Positions 16,225 through 26,378 are shown, numbered from the stretch's first letter. The stretch is DNA of 44,497 bases from Burkholderiaceae bacterium (GCA_035574095.1 DATLZG010000062.1:1-44497); one strand, 5' to 3'. Numbers and translations are program-made. The notes: generated from the letters alone by a model not told the origin.

Positions 16225-19200
16225 TGCCGCCGCTCAACGAATACGACGATATTCTTGCGCGCGGCCAGGCGCCGGCCGGCAATGAGTACGACGAGCTCTT
16301 GGCCGAGCAGCGCCGCGGCGAGATTTCCACACTGCGCCAATCATTTGCCGCGGCGGATCCCGACCGGCGCGCTAAGGCGCTCGCGCTGGCCGAGCGCACG
16401 CGCCTGCCGGCCGAGGTGGTTGAACGCAACCTCGAGCTCGTGCAGCAGCAGGACGCGATCGCGCGCAACGACTACGATGCGCTGCTCGACCGTATGCCGC
16501 GCACGGCCGAGTGGCTGATGGAATCGCCGGATAACGCGGCCGTGGCGCACGACGACCTCGACAACCTCGGCACGTTCGAGGCGCTGACGACGGCGATGAG
16601 CACCGGCTACCGCCACGGCCGCCAGACAACCGAGCTCGGTCGCCTCGGTTTCGCCCTGGCCGGCGGCAACCGCGACCCGACGCTTATTCGGCGCGTTGAG
16701 ACGCTCGAACGCGAGCTCGCTGCGGCACCTGGTGGTCGCGGCTTTTTGGCGCAGTGGGTGTATCCGGCCGCGAAGATCGTTGGGCAGATGCTCGATTCTG
16801 GTACCAAGGCCCTTGAAGGCGGCTTTGCCGGAGCGTCGGCCGGGGCAGCCGCGGCCGCGATCGCCGGGCAGATAGGGCCGCAGTTCTTTACGCCAGAGGA
16901 GATCGTTACAGTCCCGGTGGGCGCCGGCGCCGGTTTCGTTGCCGGTCTCGGCGCCGGTTTTTGGGGCGACGTCTATCAGGTGGAGGCCGGACATAGCTAC
17001 CTCACGCTTTCCGGGATTCGCGGCGCTGGCGGCGCGACCATCGCCGAGAGCACCAAGCGTGCGGCCGCGACGGCGGTCGGGCTCATCAACGCCACGCTCG
17101 AATCCGTGGGCGTGTATTTCGTCACGGCGCCGTTTAAAGCGGCCGCCAAAAAGTTTGTCACGGAAGGTACCAAGCAAGCGATCATGAAACCAACGGTCGC
17201 CGCGGCGGCGGCGAACTTCGCCAAGGCCTATGGCACGGCGGTCGCCGGCGAGGTCACGACCGAGGTCCTGCAGGAGTCGGCCAACATCATGGTCGAGGAG
17301 CTTGCCAAGCTCGCGACCGACGGTGATTTTGACACGCTGCTCAACAGCCCCGAGGAGCGCGATGCCGCGGTCGAGCGGCTGTTCGCGATTGCGTCGGAAA
17401 CCTTCCGCGGCATGGCGCTCGTGGGGTTGCCGGGCGCGACGGTCAATCTCGCGGCCGACGTGCGCAACGTCTCCCGCGCGCGCGAGAACCAGCAGTTCTT
17501 CGAAGCGCTCGGCGACACCGCGACCCGCTCGAAACTGCGCGAGCGCCTGCCGGCGAAACTGCAAGAGCTGCTCGAGCGCGTGACGCACGACGGGCCGGTC
17601 GAGAACGTCTACATCCCGGTCGAGCAGTTCGCGACGTACTTCCAGACCGCGCGCCTGGATCCGCGCGCCGTGGCCGCCGAGCTGCTCGGCGATCCCGCGG
17701 CGTATGACGCGGCGCTGCAAACGGGCGAGGACCTCAAGATCCCGACAGCCCGCTACGCTGCGACCCTGGCGGCGAGCGACCACCACAAGGCGCTCGTGCC
17801 GCACCTGCGGCTGCACCCGGACGAAATGACTCCAGCCGAGGCCGACGCGTTCGTCGAGTCGCTGAAACAGGAGGCGGCCGCGCCGGCCGACGTCACCGGC
17901 GAGTCCGCGCGCTCCGTGCGCGAGGACGTGCTCGGGCAGCTGCTGGGTTTAGGCTTCGAGCCGGGCACCGCCGAGGCCTACGCCGAGCTCTACGAATCGA
18001 CCTTCCGCACGCTGGGCCAACGCGCCGGCGTCGATCCGCACGCGCTGTATCAGCGTTACGGCCTGAAGATCGAGCGGCCGACCCCGGAGGTGTTGCGCCA
18101 GCACGGCGAAACCGACGCGCTCGACGTGATGATCGAGCGGCTGCGCAAAGGCGATCTGCCGACGGATCGCGACATCTTCGGCCCGTCGCTCGTCGACTTC
18201 CTGGTGAGCCGTGGGGGACTGCGCGAGCAGGGGGGCGAACTCGCCGCGCGCGACGCCAGACTCGCCCGCCGCGGGCTCGTGCGCGAGCAGGGCCTCGAGC
18301 TCGACCACGCCGCGGAACTCGCGGTTGAGGCCGGCTATCTCGCCGAGCGCGACCCGAACCAGCTCCTCGAGGCGATCGGCGCCGAGCTCGCCGGCGAACC
18401 GGTGTTCGCCCGGGGCCGCGCCAACACGCGGCTCCTCGACGTGCGCGGCGCGATCGAGGAGATCGGCACGCAACTGCGCGCGCTCGGTATCGATGTGCGC
18501 CAGGTCACTGACAACGAGCGCATCAAGCGGGCGCTGCGCACCGGCGAATCCATCGGCGGGCCGGTGCGGGAGCTGGCACAGCGGGTACGGGAGTTTTTCC
18601 AAGGACGGCCGGCGACAGCGCCGGCCGAGACGTTGGACCAATTTCTCTATCGGCGCGAGCAGGCGCGGCGCTCGCGTACGCGCGAGGCTGGCCTGGTTGT
18701 TGGCCTGCGCACTCAGGAAGGCGAAATTATCGCTGGCGAGCCGGGGCAGCTCCATTTTCAGTTGCTGCGAGCCTATCCCGAGGAAGCCCAAGGCGCGGAA
18801 TTTGGCTATGTGGACAAGAACGGGCGTTTCTATACGCGCGGCGAAGCGCACCAAGCCTTTCTCGTAACCGATGCGAGCCAACTCGCGGCCGTGCGGGACA
18901 CCGGGCTGTTTCAAGATATAATACCCGACCGTGAAACCTCGCCGATACAAGCGCCCGACGGAACGCCTTACCTGGGTGTATCCGAAGGACGAGGTCGCAC
19001 CGCCTTACGTGGCTACCCGATCTCGCGCGAAGAAGCCGACCGGCTCGCTGACTTCAATGTCGTTTTCCGGGTCGCCGTCAAAGGGCCGGCGGACACGACC
19101 GGCCTAGAAGGCTGGTTTCTCGACGCCCGCTTTACCCCCGACGCCCGCACCGCTTCTTACCGCCCAGCCGCCGCCGGCGCCAAGGTGGCGCTGTTCGACG

Positions 19201-22200
19201 ACGACACCCGCGAGCTGATCGAGGCGATCCATCGCCGCGGCGAACCGACGCAGTTCATCATCGACACCGCCCAGGACGTGCTCATCATCGCCAACGCGGA
19301 GGGCGAGAGCCGCGTGCCGCTGGGTGGGCGCCCGTACTACCAGCGCGACACCGACATCAAGCGCGGCGCCATCCGCATCGGCGCTGACCGGCAGATCAGC
19401 ATCCGGCTGCTCGAAAAGGCGGACCTATCGACCTTCCTGCACGAGACAGGGCACTTCTACCTCGAGGTGCTCGGCGACCTAGTGACCCAGGCCGACGCGC
19501 CGGCGGACCTCGTCAGCGACTATCAGACGATCCTCGACTGGCTCGGCGTCAAATCGCGCGAGGAGATCACGCCCGAGCACCACGAGCAGTTTGCGCGCGG
19601 CTTCGAGGCCTACCTCCTGGAGGGAAGCGCACCGAGCGCGGGCCTGCGCAGTGTGTTCGCCAAGTTCCGCGCCTGGCTCGTTGCTATTTACCGAACGATC
19701 GTTCGGCTCAACGTCACGCTGACGGACGACGTGCGCGGCGTGATGGACCGGCTGCTGGCGACCGAGGAGGAGATCGCCGCGGCCGAGCGCGAGGCCGAAA
19801 TCACGCCGATCTTCGCGACCGCGGCCGACGCCGGCATGAGCGAGACCGAGTTCGCCGCGTACCGTCACACGGTCGCGCAGGCCTCGGTCGCCGCGCGCGA
19901 GACGCTACAGCGGCAACTGCTCGCCGAGCAGCAGCGTGCGCACAAGCAATGGTACCGCAAGGCGCGCGCCGCCATCCGCGCCGAGGTCGCGGCCGAGGTC
20001 GACGCGCAGCCAGAGCAGCGCGCGGCCGCGCTCCTCGCGCTGGGCACGCTCCCCGACGGCTCGCCGCTGCCCGAGGGGATGCGCCCGTTCAAGCTCGATC
20101 GGCAGGCCATTGTAGACGTCTACGGCGCGGACTTCGCGAAACGGCTCCCGCGCAACATGCTGACGCGCGAGGGGGGTGTGGCGCCCGACCCGGCGGCCGA
20201 GGCGCTCGGCTATCCCACAGGCGAGCAGCTGCTGCTGGCGCTGGTGAACCTGCGCAAGCGCGACACGCTCATCGAGGCCGAGACCGACGCGCGTCTGCGC
20301 GAGCGTTACGGCGATCTGCTGCTTGACGGCACTGCGCTCACGGCCGCGGCGCAGCAGGCCGTCAACGGCCCCGAGCGCGCCAAGGTGATCGCGGCCGAGC
20401 TGGCGGCGCTGCGGCGCAAGGCGCGCGAGGTCCGTCCGTTCGTGCGTGCCGAACAGCAGCAGCAGGCGGCAAAACAGCGCGAGGGCCTCTCGACGCTGCG
20501 CGGGACGCAGCTGCCGGTCGGGCAGATCCGCGCCATGGCCGAGGGCATGATCGCGCAGAAGCGCGTGCGGGAGCTGAACCCGAACACCTACCTCGTCGCG
20601 GTCCGGCGCGCGGCCAAGCAGGCCGTCGAGGCTGCGGCCCAGGGCGCCTACGACGTCGCGGCGGCCGCGAAGCAGCGTGAGTTGCTGAACCTCGAGCTCT
20701 ACCGGGCGGCGGTCGCGGCGCACGAGGAGGTCGAGGCGATCGCCGATGACATGCAGCGCTTCGGCAAGACCAAGACCCGCGAGCGTATCGGGCGCGCCGG
20801 CGCCGACTACCTCGCGCAGATCGACGCGCTCCTCGATCGCTTCGAGTTCAAGCGCGTCTCCACGCGCGAGCTCGCGAACCGCCAGGCGCTCGCGGAGTGG
20901 ATCGCGCGTAAAGAAGCCGCCGGCGAGACGCTCGGCGAGGAGCTCGCGATACCGCCGCCCCTGATCGACGAGGCGCGGCGCACGAACTACCGCAACCTCA
21001 CGGTCGAGGAGCTGCGGGGACTGCGCGATGCGGTCAAGCAGATCGAGCACTTCGCGCGGCTCAAGAACAAACTCCTCGCCGCGAAGGTCGCGCGCGAGCG
21101 CGAGGAAGCACGCGCCGAGCTCCTCACAGCGATCGAGGCGAACCTTGCGGACCGCGGGCCACCGCCGATCAGCAAGAACGCGCTCTCGGCGACGCAGCGC
21201 CTCGGTGCCCGGGCGGCGGCGTTCGACGCCTCACTCCTCAAGATGGAGCAGCTCGTAGACTGGCTGGACGGCGGCAAGCTCGACGGGCCGTGGCACCGCT
21301 ACCTCTGGGACGGCGCGGCCGACGCCCAGGCGGCCGAGCTCGACTACACACAGCGAATCACGCGGCGCCTGGCGCAGGCGGTGCTCAACATCCCGCGCGA
21401 GATCACCAAGCGGATGCGCGAGCGCGTCGCCATTCCCGGCGTCGAGCGGACGATGACGCGCAAGGATCTGCTCGGCGTCGCGCTCAACGTCGGCAACGAT
21501 TCGAACTACCAGAAACTCCTCAAGGGCATGGGCTGGACCGAGTCGCAAGTCGAGCAGATGCTAGCGCGCCTGACGAAAGCCGAATGGGACTTCGTGCAGT
21601 CGGTGTGGGATACGCTCGAATCGCTCTGGCCCGACATCGCTAGGCTCCAGAAGGACCTGACTGGCCTCGAGCCGGAGAAGATCGCCCCGCGCCCGGTGCC
21701 GACGCGCTTCGGGCAGTACCGCGGCGGCTACTACCCGGTGATCTACGACCCGCTCGCCTCCGAACAGGGGGAGCTGCAGCTCGCCGCGCGCATCGGCAAC
21801 CTGGTGGAGGGCACCTACACGCGTGCGACGACGCCGAAGGGGCACACGAAGGCGCGTGTCGAGGAGTTCGCGCGGCCGTTCGACCTCGACATCGACAACC
21901 TGCCCGGGCACATCGCCGGCGTCGTCAAGGACCTGACGCACCGCAAGTGGCTCCTCGACGCGAACTGGATCGTCCACGACCGCGAACTGCGCGCGGCGCT
22001 GCGGCGCCACTTGGGCGACGAGTACGTTGGGCTCTTCGGAGACTGGGTGCGCCATGTGGTGAATGACCGCAATTTTGCCTCGCTGCGCTCGCTCGGGATC
22101 TGGCGCCGCACGATCGAGCAGCTGCGCTACAACGTGATGATTGCCGCGATGGGCTTCAAGGCGGCGACCATGATGACGCAGATCGCCGGCGCCGGGCCCG

Positions 22201-23144
22201 CGATCGAGGTGATCGGCGGCAAGGAGGGCGACGGGCGCAAGTATTTCCTGCGCGGGCTCGGGCAGTTCCTGCGCCGGCCACGCGCGACCTACGACTACGT
22301 GACCGGGCTCTCGGGCGAGATGCGCCACCGCGTGCAAACGCGCGACCGCGACCTACGCGACAAATTGCGACTCCTCCAGGGGCGCGAGGATTTTCTCGCC
22401 AAGGTGCAGGAATTCGCGATGCGCGGCATCGTCTACGCGGAGATGATCGTGTCGCTGCCGGCCTGGCTCGGGGCCTACCAGAAAGCCATCGAGGCGGGTG
22501 CAACGCCAGAGACGGCGATCCGCGCCGGCGATCGCGCCGTGCGGCTCTCCCAGGGCGCCGCCGGCGCGAAGGACCTGGCCGCCGTGATGGCGAAGAACGA
22601 TCTGTTCATGCGCACCATCACGATGTTCTATACGCCCTTCAACGCGCTCTACAACCGGCTGCGCGACGTCGGGCACTCGGTGCACGGGATCCGCGACGTG
22701 CCGCAGGCGGCGTTTCGCTTGTGGTGGGTATGGCTAATGCCCGCGGTGCTGGCCGAGCTCCTCGCCGGTCGCGGGCCCGGCGATGACGATGAAGGCGAGT
22801 GGTGGCTGCGCACGATACTGCTTTACCCGACGCTCGCGGTGCCGTTCCTGCGCGACCTCGCCGTCGGCACGTTCGGGGAGTTCGGCTACCAGCTCTCGCC
22901 CCTCGCACAGGTCGGCGAGGCCGTAACGCGTACCGTGCAGAAAGCCGGCAAAGTCGCCGCCGGCGATGCCGACCTTGAGGAGCTCGTGAAGCCGGCACTG
23001 CGCACGACCGGGTACCTGCTGGGGTTGCCGACCGGCCAGGTCGAGATTACGGGCGGCTATCTCTACGACTTGGCGCTCGGTGACGACCCCGAAGATCTCG
23101 GCGCGTTCGCCCATGACCTGCTGTACCGCCGCCGTGCGGAATGA
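16224..23144 (+). CDS. giant internal virion / ejection protein (2306 aa)
   Basis: Single uninterrupted ORF with a TGATG overlap. HETGH (HExxH) at aa 1073-1077 (nt 19440-19454). Several hydrophobic segments near the C-terminus. Occupies the position of T7 gp16. Confidence 0.75.
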   Translation: MPPLNEYDDILARGQAPAGNEYDELLAEQRRGEISTLRQSFAAADPDRRAKALALAERTRLPAEVVERNLELVQQQDAIARNDYDALLDRMPRTAEWLMESPDNAAVAHDDLDNLGTFEALTTAMSTGYRHGRQTTELGRLGFALAGGNRDPTLIRRVETLERELAAAPGGRGFLAQWVYPAAKIVGQMLDSGTKALEGGFAGASAGAAAAAIAGQIGPQFFTPEEIVTVPVGAGAGFVAGLGAGFWGDVYQVEAGHSYLTLSGIRGAGGATIAESTKRAAATAVGLINATLESVGVYFVTAPFKAAAKKFVTEGTKQAIMKPTVAAAAANFAKAYGTAVAGEVTTEVLQESANIMVEELAKLATDGDFDTLLNSPEERDAAVERLFAIASETFRGMALVGLPGATVNLAADVRNVSRARENQQFFEALGDTATRSKLRERLPAKLQELLERVTHDGPVENVYIPVEQFATYFQTARLDPRAVAAELLGDPAAYDAALQTGEDLKIPTARYAATLAASDHHKALVPHLRLHPDEMTPAEADAFVESLKQEAAAPADVTGESARSVREDVLGQLLGLGFEPGTAEAYAELYESTFRTLGQRAGVDPHALYQRYGLKIERPTPEVLRQHGETDALDVMIERLRKGDLPTDRDIFGPSLVDFLVSRGGLREQGGELAARDARLARRGLVREQGLELDHAAELAVEAGYLAERDPNQLLEAIGAELAGEPVFARGRANTRLLDVRGAIEEIGTQLRALGIDVRQVTDNERIKRALRTGESIGGPVRELAQRVREFFQGRPATAPAETLDQFLYRREQARRSRTREAGLVVGLRTQEGEIIAGEPGQLHFQLLRAYPEEAQGAEFGYVDKNGRFYTRGEAHQAFLVTDASQLAAVRDTGLFQDIIPDRETSPIQAPDGTPYLGVSEGRGRTALRGYPISREEADRLADFNVVFRVAVKGPADTTGLEGWFLDARFTPDARTASYRPAAAGAKVALFDDDTRELIEAIHRRGEPTQFIIDTAQDVLIIANAEGESRVPLGGRPYYQRDTDIKRGAIRIGADRQISIRLLEKADLSTFLHETGHFYLEVLGDLVTQADAPADLVSDYQTILDWLGVKSREEITPEHHEQFARGFEAYLLEGSAPSAGLRSVFAKFRAWLVAIYRTIVRLNVTLTDDVRGVMDRLLATEEEIAAAEREAEITPIFATAADAGMSETEFAAYRHTVAQASVAARETLQRQLLAEQQRAHKQWYRKARAAIRAEVAAEVDAQPEQRAAALLALGTLPDGSPLPEGMRPFKLDRQAIVDVYGADFAKRLPRNMLTREGGVAPDPAAEALGYPTGEQLLLALVNLRKRDTLIEAETDARLRERYGDLLLDGTALTAAAQQAVNGPERAKVIAAELAALRRKAREVRPFVRAEQQQQAAKQREGLSTLRGTQLPVGQIRAMAEGMIAQKRVRELNPNTYLVAVRRAAKQAVEAAAQGAYDVAAAAKQRELLNLELYRAAVAAHEEVEAIADDMQRFGKTKTRERIGRAGADYLAQIDALLDRFEFKRVSTRELANRQALAEWIARKEAAGETLGEELAIPPPLIDEARRTNYRNLTVEELRGLRDAVKQIEHFARLKNKLLAAKVAREREEARAELLTAIEANLADRGPPPISKNALSATQRLGARAAAFDASLLKMEQLVDWLDGGKLDGPWHRYLWDGAADAQAAELDYTQRITRRLAQAVLNIPREITKRMRERVAIPGVERTMTRKDLLGVALNVGNDSNYQKLLKGMGWTESQVEQMLARLTKAEWDFVQSVWDTLESLWPDIARLQKDLTGLEPEKIAPRPVPTRFGQYRGGYYPVIYDPLASEQGELQLAARIGNLVEGTYTRATTPKGHTKARVEEFARPFDLDIDNLPGHIAGVVKDLTHRKWLLDANWIVHDRELRAALRRHLGDEYVGLFGDWVRHVVNDRNFASLRSLGIWRRTIEQLRYNVMIAAMGFKAATMMTQIAGAGPAIEVIGGKEGDGRKYFLRGLGQFLRRPRATYDYVTGLSGEMRHRVQTRDRDLRDKLRLLQGREDFLAKVQEFAMRGIVYAEMIVSLPAWLGAYQKAIEAGATPETAIRAGDRAVRLSQGAAGAKDLAAVMAKNDLFMRTITMFYTPFNALYNRLRDVGHSVHGIRDVPQAAFRLWWVWLMPAVLAELLAGRGPGDDDEGEWWLRTILLYPTLAVPFLRDLAVGTFGEFGYQLSPLAQVGEAVTRTVQKAGKVAAGDADLEELVKPALRTTGYLLGLPTGQVEITGGYLYDLALGDDPEDLGAFAHDLLYRRRAE

Positions 23145-23158
23145 TCCGAGAATGAGTG

Positions 23159-23186
23159 TTGAGACTTCCCGCGCGGCCGCTATAGT
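23159..23186 (+). promoter_or_regulatory. promoter-like motif TTGAGACTTCCC-N10-TATAGTC
   Basis: TTGAGA, 16-nt spacer, TATAGT, in the 69-bp gap before the tail-fibre gene. Shares its first 12 nt exactly with 4792-4803. Confidence 0.45.
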
Positions 23187-23213
23187 CCGCGCGCAGGAGG
23201 AGGTTCCGCTCCG

Positions 23214-25703
23214 ATGACGGTTCCGGTCAGCTCGCGGCGCAACGACTACGTCGGCAACGGCGCGACGGCCACCTATTCCTACACGTTTCGGATCCTGGAC
23301 GACGACGACCTCATCGTCAGCGTCCAGGACACTAGCAACAACGTCACCAAGCTCACCAAAACCACCGACTATACCGTCCTCGGCGTCGGGCTGTTCTCGG
23401 GCGGCTCGATCACGTTCGTGAACGCGGGCCAGCCTTGGCTCACGGGGGGCAACCTCAAGACCAGCTACAAGCTTACCATCCGCGGCAAGCCGGTGCTCGA
23501 GCAGCCCTACGACGCGAAAAACCGCGGCGGCTTCTTCCCCGAGGACCACGAGACGGTGTTCGACCGCCTCGCACAGATTGACATCGGCCAGCAAGACGAG
23601 ATCAACCGCGCGCTGCGCTTCCCGGAAACCGACGGCGTAGCGCTGAACGCGGTGTTCCCGCCGGCCGCTGCGCGGGCGAACAAGTTTTGTGCGTTCGACG
23701 CCGCCGGCGGGGGGCCAGGCGCGGTGCCGGTATCGGCGTTCATGGAGACGGTGTTGGACGACACCGCTGAGGCGGCGGCACGTAAAACACTTAAAGCCCT
23801 TGGCTCTGAAATGAGTGACATTAAAACGGCCAGCTATACGGTTATCGCCGGCGATCACGGGAAAATTATACCTATGGACGCGTCTGGGGGATCGGTAACC
23901 GTAACGCTTCCGGATGCCGCGACAGTTGGAAACGGCTTTGCCGTGACTATCTGTAAAGCCGACCGTGGTCAAAACTCCAATGCCGTCAATATTACCGGCG
24001 TCAGCGGCCAACGTTTCGGTTATGACGGCCCGCAGTTCAACATCTCTGGTGCCGTTAATAATGGTTCCGGTCTTATCCGCCTAACAACATCCACCGATAA
24101 CCGAATTTTCACGACGGGCGAGCGTGTTGTGGTCGCCGGCGTCGTAGGGACGACGGAAGCGAACGGCACGTGGACCGTTACGCGTGTCAGTATGACCCAG
24201 GTCGATCTGCAAGGGTCAACGTTTACCAATGCGTATACGAGCGGCGGTACGATCACGCTTATTCGCGAAACAGTCAAACTGCGCGTCAGCGGGTCGTTTG
24301 TAACACTGGTTTCCGACGGCACGCGGTGGGTTCCGGTCAACGGCTCACCCGACATCCTGCATTGGGCGCGCGATGTGTTGTTTCACCATAACAACGCTTG
24401 GGCTGGTTTTGGCACAAATAATAGTGTGGCGGCACCTATCGACTTTTGGTGGGATGCCGGCGGGTTACGGCTGCACGCCCGGTCCTTCATCGCCTCGGAA
24501 ACGGGCGATGCACCAGAGTTGGCTATTCAACGCGCCGACGTGAATGCTAGTTCGACTTATCCAGACGGGCCGGGACTTCTGCGGCCAGCGGTTAATACGA
24601 ACATGGGGCTGATCCATTGGCGCGGCTGGGCTTCCGATGGTTCGCCTTCGTGGGCGAATCGCAGCGCGCAGTTGTACGTTCGGGCCGCCGAGAACATCGC
24701 GCAAGCCAACAATGGTGGTCGGCTCATTATCGCGACCACCCCGATTGGCACGAACGCGGGGGCGATAGATCGCTTGGAAATCGACGATCAGGGGCGGCAT
24801 CTAATTAATACGACGCGCAACAGTGCGCGAGTGACGGAAGATATTACCGGCGCCAGCGACATAGGATTAAACATTCGCGCGACCAACGGGGCTTACGCGG
24901 GGAACGTCGTGGAACTTGAATCAACCATCGCCGGCGCGGGCACGTTCTATTTCCTACGGGCGCGCAGCAACATAGGGGGAACCCTCGACGAAGAATTTTT
25001 GGTGCGCGGCGATGGCACGGTATTCTCGGACGCCGGCACGGCCATGTCTAGCCCCGCTGACTACGCAGAGATGGTACGCGAGTGGTGGGACGGGAATCCG
25101 AATCACGAAGATCGGAGTGGGTGCTCGGTGGTCCTGGTAGACGCGACCGACGGTCGCGTGATTAGGCCGGGCGATTCGGGACACGTGGATACGCGCATTC
25201 GGTTGGCTAATTCTCTACCGCACGTTCAACGCGAGGCCATCATCGGCGTCGTTTCCGCCAACCCCGCGGTGAAAGGCGCGGCGGCATGGAATCACTGGAT
25301 CGGTAAATATGAAAAAGACGCCTACGGCCGGTATGTGATGGAGCGGTGCGAATACGTAACATGGACAGAACACAACATAGAGTACCGGCGCGAACGCGGC
25401 CCGGACGGTGAATGGATCACGTTGCCATCGACGACGCGCGAAATTCATCACACCTACCCGATCGACCAAATACCGAAGGATATTGTCGTGCCGCCAGACG
25501 CCAAACGTGTCGCGGGATCACGGCGCAAGCTTAATCCGGCCTATGATCCGTCGCGGCCGTATATCCAGCGTGAAGATCGCCCGGAGTGGGATTACGTAGG
25601 TCTGCTTGGACGGTTACCCCTGCGCGCCGGAGAACCGACGCATCCGCGATGGGTTATGACCGGGCGATTAACAGATGAGGTCAACGAATGGTTGGTGCGC
25701 TGA
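23214..25703 (+). CDS. tail fibre/tailspike with C-terminal Peptidase_G2-like intramolecular chaperone domain
   Basis: The N-terminal YVGNGATATYSYTFRI..DDDLIV pattern is typical of a fibre adaptor. The C-terminal ADYAEMVREWWDGNPNHEDRSGCSVVL...IIGVVSANPAV...YIQREDRPEWDYVGLLGRLPLR segment matches the autoproteolytic IMC domain from memory. Confidence 0.8.
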   Translation: MTVPVSSRRNDYVGNGATATYSYTFRILDDDDLIVSVQDTSNNVTKLTKTTDYTVLGVGLFSGGSITFVNAGQPWLTGGNLKTSYKLTIRGKPVLEQPYDAKNRGGFFPEDHETVFDRLAQIDIGQQDEINRALRFPETDGVALNAVFPPAAARANKFCAFDAAGGGPGAVPVSAFMETVLDDTAEAAARKTLKALGSEMSDIKTASYTVIAGDHGKIIPMDASGGSVTVTLPDAATVGNGFAVTICKADRGQNSNAVNITGVSGQRFGYDGPQFNISGAVNNGSGLIRLTTSTDNRIFTTGERVVVAGVVGTTEANGTWTVTRVSMTQVDLQGSTFTNAYTSGGTITLIRETVKLRVSGSFVTLVSDGTRWVPVNGSPDILHWARDVLFHHNNAWAGFGTNNSVAAPIDFWWDAGGLRLHARSFIASETGDAPELAIQRADVNASSTYPDGPGLLRPAVNTNMGLIHWRGWASDGSPSWANRSAQLYVRAAENIAQANNGGRLIIATTPIGTNAGAIDRLEIDDQGRHLINTTRNSARVTEDITGASDIGLNIRATNGAYAGNVVELESTIAGAGTFYFLRARSNIGGTLDEEFLVRGDGTVFSDAGTAMSSPADYAEMVREWWDGNPNHEDRSGCSVVLVDATDGRVIRPGDSGHVDTRIRLANSLPHVQREAIIGVVSANPAVKGAAAWNHWIGKYEKDAYGRYVMERCEYVTWTEHNIEYRRERGPDGEWITLPSTTREIHHTYPIDQIPKDIVVPPDAKRVAGSRRKLNPAYDPSRPYIQREDRPEWDYVGLLGRLPLRAGEPTHPRWVMTGRLTDEVNEWLVR

Positions 25704-25977
25704 TGCGCCCTAGGATATTTCCGCCGGCGCGTTTAACGAACAGCTTCGCCGCTGTTTTAATGGCGAGGTCTTCGGCCGTCACGTGTTTGATGTTTCCGCC
25801 TTTGGTCTTTTTAATGGAGTCTTCAAATTTTTTTTCTAATTCTGTCTCGACGATTTTGCGCAACTCAATCGCAAGATCGACAACGTCTAAAACCGAAATA
25901 CAGCGATCCGGTGGGTGTTTGCTTAAAAGATTTAATGCCCCGGTTAGATATTTTTTGTTGGCGCGCCAATCGAACAT
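25681..25977 (-). CDS. hypothetical protein (98 aa), low-GC moron
   Basis: Antisense to the surrounding operon and visibly AT-rich. Amphipathic helical sequence. Possible TTGTTG-N17-TAAGAT promoter at 26012-25984. Confidence 0.5.
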   Translation of the reverse strand: MFDWRANKKYLTGALNLLSKHPPDRCISVLDVVDLAIELRKIVETELEKKFEDSIKKTKGGNIKHVTAEDLAIKTAAKLFVKRAGGNILGRISAPTIR

Positions 25978-26129
25978 GGCACAATCTTAACATGCAAGAC
26001 CAAGCACAACAACTCGCCCGCGCCACGGCGAGCGGAACGTTGATTCTGACATTTGAAGGGTTCTCGCATGGGAGCGATTCCACAATCGGCCCTGCGGGCT
26101 GCCAAGTTTACGGTTTGGTGTTCTAGCCG

Positions 26130-26378
26130 ATGGACGAGCAACAACTCTGCGCCGCCCTGCACCGCGTCCTCGACGAGCGCATCGAGCGCTCCGGCATTCC
26201 GCAGGAGGAGCACTATCTGCACCACATTTGGCTACGCAACAAAATCGGCTCCGACAAAGACGTGCGCGCGCTCATCCGCAACGCGGTGCTCGGCTTCGGT
26301 GTGCTGACCGTGCTCGGGTTCGTCGTCTGGGCGGTGTGGGAAGGCATCAAGATCAAGCTCGGCTGGGGTGGGCCGTGA
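26130..26378 (+). CDS. membrane protein, possible holin/antiholin (82 aa)
   Basis: One C-terminal TM segment (AVLGFGVLTVLGFVVWAVW). Its stop overlaps the endolysin start. Confidence 0.5.
   Translation: MDEQQLCAALHRVLDERIERSGIPQEEHYLHHIWLRNKIGSDKDVRALIRNAVLGFGVLTVLGFVVWAVWEGIKIKLGWGGP

Noticed and set aside
16341-17816. 491-aa minus-strand ORF, with similar ones at 17949..18950, 19905..21050, 21561..22337 and 22734..24011
   Set aside because: All lie antisense to the uninterrupted 2306-aa gene and the tail-fibre gene. Their sequences are low-complexity (R/G/A/H/D-rich). They would break a translationally coupled plus-strand operon.
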